From Octopus vulgaris (Eukaryota): 64,000 nucleotides of DNA. The position numbers were made by a program, and so were the translations under genes. Where the stretch lies: NCBI GenBank assembly GCA_951406725.2, contig OX597828.1, positions 27,404,001-27,468,000 on the forward strand, read 5' to 3'. Shown one piece after another: positions 29,142 to 42,489 of the stretch (position 1 is its first letter; every line of letters starts with the position of its first letter). Under the pieces are notes generated by a model that was not told the origin of the DNA, did not search any database, and saw only the letters and a program-made list of their open reading frames with translations.

Positions 29142-29318
29142 GGTCACTAGCCACTACACATACTTTATTTTTTTTCCTTGTTTCTTTCAGTGTTCCTTTC
29201 TGTGGAAGAGCGTAGGCTCAAAACATTAAAGACTTTTTCACTCCCCAAGCATCAAGCTAATACATCTGTTTGTTGTCTACACCACCTGTCTTTCGTCTTT
29301 TGTTTTTTTGTGAATTCT

Positions 29319-29321
<3 letters not shown>
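29142..29321 (+). mobile_element. pLTR-like short element, family E (degenerate hammerhead 29196-29231)
   Basis: CTTT CTGTGGA agagc gtag gctc AAAA ca TT AAAG; ends CTCCC(TA)n. Confidence 0.75.
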
Positions 29322-29354
<33 letters not shown>

Positions 29355-29375
29355 TTCCCATATATATATGTTCTT

Positions 29376-29432
<57 letters not shown>

Positions 29433-29479
29433 CGGACGTTAAACGATGATGATGATGAATATATATATATATATTCTTC

Positions 29480-29533
<54 letters not shown>

Positions 29534-29551
29534 TTCCCATATATATATATA

Positions 29552-29583
<32 letters not shown>

Positions 29584-30635
29584 ATACATACACACACACA
29601 CACACTGCATTTAGTTCAAGTATTTTATTCATTGTTACATTTTCATCCTTCCACTCTGTTCTCACGTAGATATCCTCGACAACTAATGCCTATTAAAAAT
29701 GATAGTTATTGTCTGTCATATAAGTTACCTTTACAAAAGACTCGACTCCTCTGCATTCCAATTTGCTAATCAATAAAGTAATTAGTAATCCAATAATATT
29801 TTAACTTAACTTGTGTTATGTGATTGTAACGGCATCAATGACTTGTCAGTCATTACAATCAGTGACATTCAAATAACTAACCGATGCTGTTCATCATTTA
29901 CTATTATAGAATTTTAGCGACTATCTGTACTCTTTGTAGTTCTAACAAAATAAGTCCCCTTTAAATATCAACTAACAATACATTGTAAGCTTTTCACCTC
30001 GAGGAAACATTATTCAAAAGCAATGGACAATATTTTTGCCTTTGGCTTATAGATTGGTTCTGGAAGCTCAGTTATAGAACTTCCAGTTAAGTCAGTGATT
30101 GCCCTGAATACATCTGAGATAAATATTTGGTGTCCATTGGCATATGGCAGATATCAGGAAATCTAATTAAGGTAATAGTGAAATATATAAAATACAAAAT
30201 TGATGCAGTTGTTAGTTTTCTTCCTTGAAACTCATCAACAAGTTTAGACAAAACTTCCGGTACAGATATCAACTTCTATAAAGATACATTTTTGGAATAG
30301 TGATGGCAAAAAGAAAGCTGTCTTGTAATATTTCCTATTGGTTTTATTCTATTATTGTGTTACTGTTTACTTGTTTCGCTCATTGGATTGCAGCCATGCT
30401 ATGGCCCTGTCTTGAGACGGTTTTTGTCAAACAATTCTACCCGAGTATTTATTATTATTTTTTTAGTGGGTTTCAGCCCCAGTTCTTTTTTTTTTTTCTC
30501 TTATTCTATCGTTCTCTTTTGTTGAATCATTATGTTACAAGGCCATAAACAAACCAATGCTAGTTATCAAGCTGTGTGTGTGAGAGACAGACAGGCACAC
30601 ACACACACACACATATATTTATATGTGTATACGTA

Positions 30636-30790
30636 TCATCATCATCGTTTAACGTCCGTTTTCCATGTTAGCATGGGTTGGACAGTTCGACCAGAGTCTG
30701 GGAAGCCAGGTGGCTGCACCAGGCACCAGTCTGATCTGGCAGTGTTTCTACAGCTGGATGCCCTTCGTAACGCGAACCACTCCATGAGTG
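30636..30790 (-). mobile_element. SINE/retroposon family C 3' part
   Basis: Tail CCATGCTAACATGGAAAACGGACGTTAAACGATGATG; related segments at ~44020-44160, ~32370-32480 and ~59045-59150. Confidence 0.7.
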
Positions 30791-30830
<40 letters not shown>

Positions 30831-30882
30831 GCACACACAAAAGTAGGGCACTCAACACATTTATTGGGAGTTATATGTATAG

Positions 30883-31038
30883 ATCAGAACAGTTAGATTC
30901 AGAATCCTTGGTACTCTGAGTTTCAAGCATGTGGCTAGTTTTCAGCCATTGAGGTTTGAATTCAGACCCCAATGGCTGAAGATTAGCCACATGCTTGAAA
31001 CACAGAAGACCGAGGAGTATGACTCAAACTGTCTTGAT
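30883..31038. repeat. 156-bp imperfect palindrome made of two head-to-head hammerhead/pLTR fragments
   Basis: Centre at GAATTC 30958-30963; hammerhead-like motifs at 30909-30948(-) and 30973-31012(+). Confidence 0.85.
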
Positions 31039-31071
<33 letters not shown>

Positions 31072-33028
31072 CATATATATAATCATATATATGCATGTGT
31101 GTGCATAAAGATATTTCCTGAGATCCAAAGCCTGAATGAAATCACTTTATCCAGTGTGTTCATATACAATATATATATATATAAAGGTATTGAATACTCG
31201 CCCACCCCACCCCACCACCACCACCAGCCACCACCACTAATCAGTTAATAATGTGAAGAGCATCATATCTAGTCATTATTTTCCCTTGTCTTTGCTTACT
31301 GTGTTACAAATGATGATTATCAACCAATTACAATGACTAATTTTGCAATTGTTTCTTGATTATTGGCGAGCTTTATATTACCCTATTCATTACTCCCATT
31401 AACACCAAAACATCTCTTTGCTGTCGTTGACACCCCCACCCCCACCCTAATGAATATGAAATCAGATTGTGCATTAGATTGTGTGTGTATGTGTGTGTGT
31501 GTGTGAATGCTCTTCCATGCAATCCCATTAACTTGGTAACTAAAGAGTTGCATGGTTCCAACTTGCAATGACCAGTGGAATGTGAAAGAAATGGAAAATG
31601 TGTGCAGTTAAGAAGTTTGCTTTGCAACTATGTGGTTCTGGGTTCAGTCCCACTGCTCTGTACCTTGAGCAAATGTCTTCTGCTATGGCTCCTGGCTCTC
31701 CAGTGGCTTTAAGTGAATGTGGTTGGCAGAAACTGTGTAGGCACCCATCATATATATATATATGTGTGTCTCTGTGTTTATATTTTTGTGCATGTGTTTG
31801 TGCTACTGCCACCATTTGGCAACTGGTGTCGGTTTGTTTTCCTCCCTGTAACTTAGTGGTCCAATAAGCCACAGACTTGAAGAAAAACAAAATGTCCTGG
31901 GGCTGATTTATTCAGCTAAATACCTCAAGGCAAGTGCTCCTGTATGGCCACGGTCCAGTGATTGAAACATGAGTTGAGGGCAGGAAAAGCTTCTGACCAT
32001 AAAAATAAATCTGCCTCAATAAACTTCATCTAACCCATACCAGAATAGTAAAATGGATGTGAAAAGGAATGGAAGTATGAAAGAACAATTATAGATGTAG
32101 TTCAGAAGCTTGCTTCCCAGCCATGTCATATTGGGTTTGGGTTCACTGCAGCTTGGGCAACCAAAGCTATGAGAGTAGATTTGGTAAATGGAAACTGAAA
32201 GAAGCCTTCGTGCGTGTGTGTGTGTGTATATGCTTGTGTGTTCCATTGTCTACACATCATATGCTGGTTGTCAATGAGCATCTGCATCATAGAAATTCAG
32301 TTGTTTGTTTCCTATCTCCCATGTAAAACCTGTCTTGTTATGGGGAAAATATTACCTTGCTTATAAACAGTTGAGGGTTGGTGACAGGAAAAGCACCCAG
32401 CCTTAGAAAATCTGCATCACTAAATTCCGTCCAACCCATGGAACCATGAACAAGTGGACATGGAATAATGAGGATGGTGACATGCACACAACGTACACAT
32501 ATGCATACATTACTGCATATGTGTATACAAAATGACATTGTATGTATTTCTCACTCACTTTCTTTTATCTATCTATACACACACATGCACATATATGCAC
32601 TCACACACATACATATCGATATATGGTAATTTTTATGTTGTGTTTGTCTATGCAAAAAACACATTATTAAAACAGTGCAGAATAGAAGTTAAGTTGTGGA
32701 TATCTTTATAACTTATTTTTCTAGCACTCTAATATTTTCCATGACAGGATCTTTTTATTACCAAATTTTGGTGAAACTTTTATTAAGAAGCTCTATAAAC
32801 TGTGAAGGTCATTCATACTTTGTTGATTTAATTTCTTTTGTTTTTTGGGGGGTTTTTTTTTGGCTTTGCTTTTAGCTTTTGTTTATGAAAAAAAAACATC
32901 TAAATATAATAACTAAATAACATTATCTTTATTAGATCGCCAGAACTCCTTATAAAATTAAAATGCATTCCTTGTTTCTCGGTGACACCAGAAAGATTTC
33001 TGTATTTTAGGGTGCAGCAGCTGTGTAG

Positions 33029-33066
33029 TTATTGGTTGACTGGGAAGCCATGAAGCCATTCTACAG
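33029..33066 (-). CDS. Candidate terminal coding exon (..VEWLHGFPVNQ*) of an unidentified gene
   Basis: Acceptor ttttgtccttacag, phase-1 start, stop, AATAAA ~100 nt downstream (32928-32933); no homology recognised. Confidence 0.25.
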
Positions 33067-33680
33067 CTGTAAGGACAAAATAGTTTGTCAGGAATAATCT
33101 GGAACCGTAACAAATGAAATAAAATAACAAAAGAGAAAAAATATTAGAATTGATTAATGCAGACAATATGCAATTTAAGAAACCTTATACGAGTTGAGCT
33201 ATAGATTTACACCTGTAGGAAAAGGTAATAAACAAGGTATGTTTAACCAATGTTAGAAGGTCACTCTGTTGGAAGAGTGTTGTTAATGTAATATGGATAC
33301 ACATTTTCCATTCTCCATTAATAACCTTATTCTTAACATTTGCACACATCTACACGGTCATGTACAGTTGTTTTGTGTGTGTTTGACTGTGTGTATATAA
33401 TGTTGTTGTAGAGGAACTATTTACTCATATCTTTTGTTTGTTTCTCTGTCTTTGGATTGCAGTCATGCTGGAGCATCACTTTGAGTGATTTGATTGAGCA
33501 AATTGACCCCAACACTTTTTTTGTAAAGTCTACTACTTATAACTGTTAAGTTGTAAACAAACCAATACCAATTGTCAAATGGTGATAGGGACAAGCACAC
33601 ACACACATACTCACACACACGCACACACACACACACATACATGCATACATTCACACATGACAGGCTTCCAGGTAGTCTCT

Positions 33681-34097
33681 TATTTCTTTACTGCCCACAA
33701 AGGGCTACACACAGAGGGGACAAACAAGGACAGACAAACTGATTAAGTCGATTATATCGACTCCAGTGCATAACTGGTACTTATTTAATCAACCCCCGAA
33801 AAGATGAAAGGCAAAATCGACCTTGGCGGAATTTGAACTCAGAACGTAGCGGCAGACAAAATATCTATTTCATTACTACCCACTAGGGAATAAACACAGA
33901 GGAGACAAACAAGGACAAACAAACAGATTAAGTCGATTATATCGATCCCAGTGCGTAACTGCTACTTATTTAATCGACCCCGAAAGGATGAAAGGCAAAG
34001 TCGACCTCGGTGGAATTTGAACTCAGAACGTAGCGGCAGACGAAATACTGCTAAGCATTTCACCCGGCATGCTAACGATTCTGCCAGCTCGCCACCT
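33681..34097 (-). mobile_element. Dimeric SINE family B nested in a minus-strand SINE A (33435-34270)
   Basis: Full monomer ~33863-34097 plus 5'-truncated monomer ~33681-33862; SINE A halves on both sides. Confidence 0.85.
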
Positions 34098-35176
34098 TTC
34101 AGGTAGCTTCTAGGTAGTTTCTATCTACCAAATTCACTCACAAGGCATTGGTCAAGCCAGGGCTATAATAGATGATATTCGCCTAATATGACCTGTTGTG
34201 GGGTTCAACCCAAGACCACATGGTTACAAAACAAAGCATACTTTCTTACCACTCAGCCATGCCTGCACCTATATAGTCCTTTGTGAAGTTGAATGCATTC
34301 ATTTCAGACTAATATATTAAGATGTATAATTCTTAATAATTAGAGACAATAATATGATTATTAAGTTTCATTTGTTGTTACTTTCAGTTCTGTTAATGAT
34401 TGTTGAGTTTTTATTTGTAGTCTTATTGAAAGTATTCTATGCTATTTATATCATAATAATGAACCCTTTATTAACATTACAAGTTGGTATCATTATGGTG
34501 GTAAAAAAAAAGTGTTACTAATTGGGCAATTAAGAAAACCAGTTATTTTTATAATATTAACAATGCTATCAAATTTTCCAAGCACAATGCACATGTTTTC
34601 CTTACGTTTGTGCTTATATTCAAGGACAACAAAACTTGTTGAAGTGGACAGTATTAAGTTTTTTCTATCATACAATAAAGTAATATGTCACACACTAAGG
34701 TTCCGCTGAGAACTTAGTTTGCTAGTTGTGCTTTATGAATAAGGACAAATTGATTCTCAACAACCTACGGCAAAATTCTCTATGTAAACTCTTTGAGACT
34801 GTTTAAATCAAATTATTTTTATTTCATTCCATTTAATTTCTTTTCTTATACTTGACATTCTCTTCAAAAAATGCTATTTTTTTCTTCTCTCTTTTACATA
34901 GTAAAATAAAATGGAAGAAAAAAATAGAAGAAAACACTTTTTTCTGTTTTTTTTTTTTTTTTTTTTTTTATATTCTGCAGTAAGATCCAAGTGTATTGTA
35001 ACTAGCTGAATTGTACCTGTGTTATTGTGTTGTGATGTTGAAATAGTAAACAGAAAACTAAAGCAGTTCAAAGGCTGATATTAGCTAATTAGAGATTATT
35101 GTTGAAGGAAGGGTGATGCTGTTGTGAATAGCAAGCACCAAGAGCTGTGAAGCTGAGAGACTGTCCATAGACATAC

Positions 35177-35223
35177 CTCTGTTGATTAATTTTGACAAAG
35201 CTTTTATCATTGATGTTTCTTCA
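35177..35223 (-). CDS. Candidate internal exon (EETSMIKALSKLINR)
   Basis: aatttctag / GAG|gtatgt boundaries; phase-1 end compatible with 33029-33066. Confidence 0.25.
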
Positions 35224-35312
35224 CTAGAAATTAATCAGCACTAAGTGGAAGTTATGAAATAGACCATTAATTTGGCTAATTTGAACATAAGTTTAATGGT
35301 TTTCACTTCCTT

Positions 35313-35353
<41 letters not shown>

Positions 35354-35635
35354 ATGTGTGTGTGTGTGTGTGTGATGTTTTTTAACTGATTATTTTGTAA
35401 AAATATAGTGAAACTCATGAAAGAAGAAACCTATCACCTCACATTCAATGGCCATCAATATATGGGAGGGGGTGTATTTCAGTAAATATTTGTAAATTTT
35501 ACAACAGTTTAAATATCTCAAATGATAATTTACTATTTCTATTCCTTTATTTCTCTATCTGGTATTATTTGATATTGCTTTTTTTTTCTTTTAATTACAA
35601 TTAGATAAATATTCTAAAACATGTACAGATGTATA

Positions 35636-36035
35636 GGCGCAGGAGTGGCTGTGTCGTAAGTAGCTTGCTTACCAACCTCACAGTTCTGGGTTCAGTCCCA
35701 CTGCGTGGCACCTTGGGCAAGTGTCTTCTACTATAGCCTTGGGCCGACCAAAGCCTTGTGAGCGGATTTGGTAGACGGAAACTGAAAGAAGCCCGTCGTA
35801 TATATATATATGTATATATATGTGTGTGTGTTTGTATTTGTCTCCCCAACGTCGCTTGACAACCGATGCTGGTGTGTTTACGTCCCCGTTACTTAGCGGT
35901 TCGGCAAAAGAGACCGATAGAATAAGTACTAGGCTTACAAAGAATAAGTCCTGGGGTCCATTTGCTCGACTAAAAAGGCGGTGCTCCAGCATGGTCGCAG
36001 TCAAATGACTGAAACAAGTAAAAAATAAAAGAAAA
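35636..36035 (+). mobile_element. SINE family A, near full length
   Basis: GGCGCAGGAGTGGCTGTG head, B-box-like GGGTTCAGTCCC, CORE-like segment, internal (TA)(TG), AAAAG tail. Confidence 0.9.
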
Positions 36036-36384
36036 AAAAAAGAGATGTGTTTGTGTCAATGCTGGTATTTATCTGCACACTGCATTAAGTACATCTTTGT
36101 TTTAAGATAAAGGATTGCATTTGATTGTTGTAGGATAATTGAAAAGGCATAGAAACTGAACAAATTTCACTTTGCCGGTGACCATCCCAAGAAAGTTCTC
36201 TGAATATCCTAATTTACTTGATCCAGTTCAGAAGCAAATTGTTAACATGATGGGGTCTCCTCCTTTCTTCTGGGTTGGAATCATTGACTCATCCTCAAAT
36301 CTGTGTCTTTGATGTCTCTTTATAAGTATTTCCATGTTCATTGCTCTGACAAACTTTCTTGTCTAGTACTCTCGGTCAAAATCT

Positions 36385-37372
36385 TTGACTTTTTATCCTT
36401 TAAACTGACCACACCTGGCCCAAATATTCTATCTGCTTTATGTTCAAACCAGCCATATCCAGCCTCTTACACCTACCCTACCATGTCATTTGAAATATAC
36501 TGACCACATCTGGCCCAAATATTTTATCTGCTTTATGTTCAAACCAGCCATATCCAGCCTCTTACACCTACCCTACAATGTCATTTGAAATATACTGACC
36601 ACATCTGGCCCAAATATTCTATCTGCTTTGTGTTCAAACCAGCCATATCAAGCCTCTTATACCTACCCTACAATGTCATTTGAAATATACTGACCACATC
36701 TGGCCCAAATATTCTATCTGCTTTGTGTTCAAACCAGCCATATCCAGCCTCTTACACCTACCCTACAATGTCATTTGAAATATACTGACCACATCTGGCC
36801 CAAATATTCTATCTGCTTTATGTTCAAACCAGCCATATCCAGCCTCTTACACCTACCCTACAATGTCATTTGAAATATACTGACCACATCTGGCCCAAAT
36901 ATTCTATCTGCTTTATGTTCAAACCAGCCATATCAAGCCTCTTATACCTACCCTACAATGTCATTTGAAATATACTGACCACATCTGGCCCAAATATTCT
37001 ATCTGCTTTGTGTTCAAACCAGCCATATCCAGCCTCTTATACCTACCCTACAATGTCATTTGAAATATACTGACCACATGTGGCCCAAATATTCTATCTG
37101 CTTTATGTTCAAACCAGCCATAACCAGCCTCTTATACCTACCCTACAATGTCATTTGAAATATACTGACCACATCTGGCACAAATATTCTATCTGCTTTA
37201 TGTTCAAACCAGCCATATCCAGCCTCTTACACCTACCCTCCAATGTCATTTGAAATATAAACAGTCACATCATCAAAATCTTGAAGCTGTGAGACGAGGC
37301 ATGATTAATTGGAAACCACATGGATAAATAAGCACTGCATTTGAGAGAGTAATCTGGATGCTACGGGGTTAA
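36385..37372 (+). mobile_element. piggyBac-type MITE with internal tandem expansion
   Basis: Ends ATGCTACGGGG-TTAA; homologous to 44896-45107 and 56679-56907. Confidence 0.7.
36404..37258. repeat. 95-bp tandem repeat x9
   Basis: ACTGACCAC at 36404, 36499, 36594...; highly homogeneous. Confidence 0.95.
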
Positions 37373-40300
37373 TCATGTCGCTCGTTTCTCTTCCCAGGTG
37401 CATTGTCTTTCTGTTCAGCTTCCTGTTAATCATAACTCCTTTTATTTCCAAAGCTCGTCTCCTCAAACTGCTGTTCTCTGGAACCCGCTACCGTTATCTT
37501 GTTTTCCTCTCGACTATACTATTTAGTCCTTTAAGCATTTTGTCACATCTTTAGAATCGGTTGCTACCTCTTCTTATTTCTTTGTAGTCCTTTACACTAC
37601 AGTCGCCTCAAGCTTTATTCAGACAAAAGGATTTTAAAATTTAAAAAAAAAAAAATTATTTATTTTTTTATTTATTTTTTTGTAAATTATTTATTTACTG
37701 TCATGTATTGACTGTGTAAGATTTGCATATATTATGGTGATTGATTGCAATCTGCATTCCTATTGCCATCAGAATGTATCAGTGATAATGTCAGCCACAA
37801 GTATCTTCGGTTTTTTTTTCCTTTTATTTATTTATTTTTTTATTTAAAATTTTTTTTTTTTTCGATGGGGGTGCTGAGAAAGATGTGTATTGGAGTTGTT
37901 ACTTTCATTGGCTTTTTTTTAATTACTATAATAACGTCTCACAGTTTCATATTCTGGAGATTGGAAAGTGTTGGTTTGAGTAATCACAGACGTTGATGAC
38001 TACAATAATTCCTTCACTTCTTAACTGTTCTACTTTTATGTTAGTGATTTTGTTTGGCCTTCAATTCATAGATTTTTTTATTGTTTTCCTGGTTTTTTAA
38101 ATGGAAGAAAGGCACAGAATCATGCATAACGGGAGGCATGTCTTTTTTTGTATTTTGAGTTTTATCTGCTTTATCTTTCGTCTTCTACTTCTTTCTGTCA
38201 TTATACTGCGGCCATGCTGGAGCAGCACCTTGACTTATTTAAAAAGGAACCCTAGTAGTTATGTTTTTTTTTTTTCAAGTCTGGTACTTTTTTCTCTTGG
38301 TCGCTGTTTCTGAACTGCTCAGTGATGGGGATGTAAATAAACCAACACCAGTTGTTCAATCAATGGGGTGGGGAGTAATGCAAAGACATACACACACACA
38401 CACAAACGCATATATTTATACATAGTAACTGCAAAAATGTATTTCTTTGAAGTAGAGCAGGTCTTTGTGTAAACTTGTAAACTCCTTACCAAAGTCTATC
38501 TTGACACATGTAAAACATGAATCAATGCATGCAATGTTTCTCATTACTCTTCTGTTAGGTTCTATTTTGGTTGAATATTTGTTATTTAATCTGTTTTCCT
38601 TTTTTATATATTAATCTTAACATATTCTGTGCAGGATTAGCTTGTTGTCAAACTTCTTAACAATACTGTTTTCTTGTGGCATATATCTGTTATAAACGAG
38701 CTATTTACACAAGAATGGTGACTGGACATTCTTTTTCATGTTTTTCATCTGTTGTATTTATTCATTTATTTATATTGTTAAAATATGGTAAAAATTAAAA
38801 TTTTGTCTTATACGAAATTTCATGAATTGCAGAGAAATTAAAATTTTGTGATCAAAAAAATAAAGAAAAGACAAATCAATTTTCCATAGAAAAATTTAAT
38901 TGTAATGGTAGTATTTTTAGAAAACTGGAGTTGTGAGAAGCCCAGATGTTTTGAAAGAAAATTTAGTCAGAGTTAAATGAAAATTTGCTCAAAATAAAAT
39001 ACAATTTACTGTTAGCATTCAACTATTTTAGCTGCCTTCCATCTGCTCCCTTTTAAGGTTGAGTTCTACTAATTTAAGAAATAATAATTTCAGTTTACAG
39101 ATCGGGGTGAATGTTTCACCTTCCCACATATTGCAGCCGTAGTTTTGTTCATGAAACAGAAAATTCTGAACTAATTTCATCATATTTAACAGAACCTATG
39201 AATGGTTTTCTACCGTATGAATATTCATAAAAAAAAATTAAATTTCGGTAGACATTTAATTTATTGGTATAACCCAAGAACTTTATATATTCACACACAC
39301 AATTTGTATATATTTATATATTCACACTCACCAATTTGTCCTTGTGTTTCAGTTCAAGGGTGTGTATGTATGAGTAATATACAGATATGTTGTGTCTGTG
39401 TCTCTGTGTGTGTGTGTATACATATTAGCTTTTGTACCTGGCATTGCCTGCATTTATTAATATATAAAATAAACACAATCAGATGATTGGATATAGAACA
39501 AAGAAGACATCACAACACAGTTCATGGATCCCCTGGAGTCTGCAAGATCCCAATTTGGAAATTACTGCACTAGTGTATTACTGATGGTTTGTAAGCAAAA
39601 CACTTGTTCGGCCCAGAGGTTTGCATTTTATCAAATGGCTAATGTGGGTTTATTTGATAGAAACGTAACAAATATTGGTGTGTGAGTGTGTGTGTGTGTA
39701 TGTGTGTTTTTTTTTTGGGGGGGGGGGGGGTTATGTGTATTTATCTAAGACGTTTTCGACAATCTAGCCATGAATTATCAAACTTGAAAAATATTTAGTT
39801 TTAATGAAATAGCTCTACTCATTGCTAATTAGAGTTCATTCCTAAAACACTTAAACAGGTTTTGCATCATTATTGTTATTGCTTTTCTCTTTTGGATTGG
39901 GTTTGTGTGTGTGTGTGCGTGTGTGTGTGTGTGTGTGCGTGTGTGAGTGTGTGTGTATCCTTATTTGGTTTGTAATGTTGATTATGTTTTGGTGCATTTT
40001 CATTTAGAAGTGCATTTCTGTAAAGAAAATATACATAATAGAAAAGAAAACAAAATCTGACAGTTATGTCTACAGAATTTACTTTGGAAATGTTATATTT
40101 GTGTGTTTGTGAACATCATTTTCTTCTAATCTTTGTATTGTTTCATTTTGATTTTTCTGTTTTGTTCTTTTTTTTGTGTGTAATTTAATTTTTGCTAGTC
40201 AACATAACAAAATTTTTACATCATCTCACCGTCTGTTCCCTGAGAAAAGTCAATTATTCTTTAACACCACTTTAAACGAGTGTAAATAATTAGTGAAACA

Positions 40301-40608
40301 TTGAATTTATTTCCCCCCTAATAACATTTGAAGCTCAACTGTAGTTTGGGAAATGTGTAAAGTCAATTTTTCATTCACAAGTAAACTGCTATTTAATTAA
40401 AATGAAAGGAAGAATCCTTAATAAAAGTCAATAATAGCTAAGATGGAAAGTTTGCTGAAATATTTATGTGAAATCAAATTCTTACATTAATGACTCGACC
40501 AACATTGTAACCATTCAGCTGTTTAAACTGACATGGGTAATTAATTTCAATGCTTGACTTGGCTTGCTTATCAGAAGGAAAAGAAGACTAGTGAGAGCTT
40601 TGCGAAAC

Positions 40609-40780
40609 CTCTTCTTCTTCTTCTTCTTCTTCTTCTTCTTCTTCTTCTTCTTCTTCTTCTTCTTCTTCTTCTTCTCCCTCCTCCTTCTTCTCCTTCTTCT
40701 CTCCCTCCTCCTTCTTCTCCCCCACCATCCTCATTCTTTCCTCATCCCCTCCTACTCATTCTCCTCCTCCTCCTTCTTTC
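40609..40780. repeat. (CTT)n/(CCT)n polypyrimidine tract
   Basis: Directly visible. Confidence 0.95.
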
Positions 40781-41673
40781 TAATCATCATTTGTTTTTTT
40801 ACCTTCTTCTATGCCTTCTCTGATTATGAATAAACTGAGCAGAGATGTGATTATATCATAAAGACTACCATTCCTAAAGAATAAGAAGTTGACTAAAATG
40901 TTTAGCAAATCAGAAAGACAAAAAAAAGGGATTAAGGAAGAGATACATTAGTAGTGAAATACATCTGGAAATATAAAGGAATGCAAAACAGAATAAGTAT
41001 TATAGTTTATTCCTTTGGGTTAAGTTTGCTGAAAGTGTTCCATTCTTGTTTAATCATCCTCGTTTTTATAATCCAGACAATCAATTATTTGTCATGTCTG
41101 TAGGAGATTTTCTGATGAAAATATAAACTGTTTTTATTTGCAAAAAGTAATACAAGATTTCGGAAGAATTTGTCAAACTCGAGTATTTAGACAATATTCA
41201 ATGTTGAGATATATAAATAAAAGCTGCTTTACTAAGGTTTTAGTTTATTTTATTTTACTTTATTTTTTTATTAATGTTTACAATCATATTTAATCTTTTC
41301 AGATTCAGCTTATCATAAGTTTAGACAATTTAAGTGTAAAGTTGAAGAGATTGATGAGATGACATTAAAAATAAATCTGATTTTATGGAAATATTGTTCT
41401 TGAATAATCTCAGTCAGTTTGATCAATCAATGATCTGCAAGCAGCCAGCCATTGTAATGTTCTGTGTTGACCCATTATTAGCCCAACATGCATTAATTTT
41501 TTATTATTTATTTCAGTATTCGTACTGAAATGATAATTCAAATGCCTAACTTTTGTGCAGGTTGTTGTTAGTTACACTCCTTAGATTAGTACCATTCTCT
41601 AAGCTATTAAATCCAGATTACTGCATTTGATTGAACCAGGCAATATTATGAATTTCCCAAATGATCTGTTTTG

Positions 41674-42489
41674 TATTATGAAGGTTTTCTTAGATATGTC
41701 TTTGATATTATGAAGGTTTTCTTAGATATGTCTTTGATATTATGAAGGTTTTCTTAGATATGTCTTTGATATTATGAAGGTTTTCTCAGATATGTCTTTG
41801 ATATTATGAAGGTTTTCTTAGATATGTCTTTGATATTATGAAGGTTTTCTTAGATATGTCTTTGATATTATGAAGGTTTTCTTAGATATGTCTTTGATAT
41901 TATGAAGGTTTTCTTAGATATGTCTTTGATATTATGAAGGTTTTCTTAGATATGTCTTTGATATTATGAAGGTTTTCTTAGATATGTCTTTGATACTATG
42001 AAGGTTTTCTTAGATATGTCTTTGATATTATGAAGGTTTTCTTAGATATGTCTTTGATATTATGAAGGTTTTCTTAGATATGTCTTTGATATTATGAAGG
42101 TTTTCTTAGATATGTCTTTGATATTATGAAGGTTTTCTTAGATATGTCTTTGATATTATGAAGGTTTTCTTAGATATGTCTTTGATATTATGAAGGTTTT
42201 CTTAGATATGTCTTTGATATTATGAAGGTTTTCTTAGATATGTCTTTGATATTATGAAGGTTTTCTTAGATATGTCTTTGATATTATGAAGGTTTTCTTA
42301 GATATGTCTTTGATATTATGAAGGTTTTCTTAGATATGTCTTTGATATTATGAAGGTTTTCTTAGATATGTCTTTGATATTATGAAGGTTTTCTTAGATA
42401 TGTCTTTGATATTATGAAAGTTTTCTTAGATATGTCTTTGATATTATGAATGTTTTCTTAGATATGTCTTTGATATTATGAAGGTTTTC
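41674..42489. repeat. 32-bp minisatellite, ~25.5 near-identical copies
   Basis: Unit TATTATGAAGGTTTTCTTAGATATGTCTTTGA. Confidence 0.97.

Larger units (their letters stand above)
36200..37560 (+). mobile_element. Jockey/CR1-like LINE 3' fragment split by a MITE
   Basis: LLDPVQKQIV.. / SLYKYFHVHCSDKLSCLV before the MITE; SSPQTAVLWNPLPLSCFPLDY.I*SFK after it. Confidence 0.75.

Noticed and set aside
33011-33068. Plus-strand AG/GT-bounded exon candidate
   Set aside because: Stops in all three frames; not WDR4-like
25329-42489. 32-, 35- and 95-bp arrays as CRISPR
   Set aside because: Head-to-tail units with no unique spacers, no cas genes, eukaryotic context
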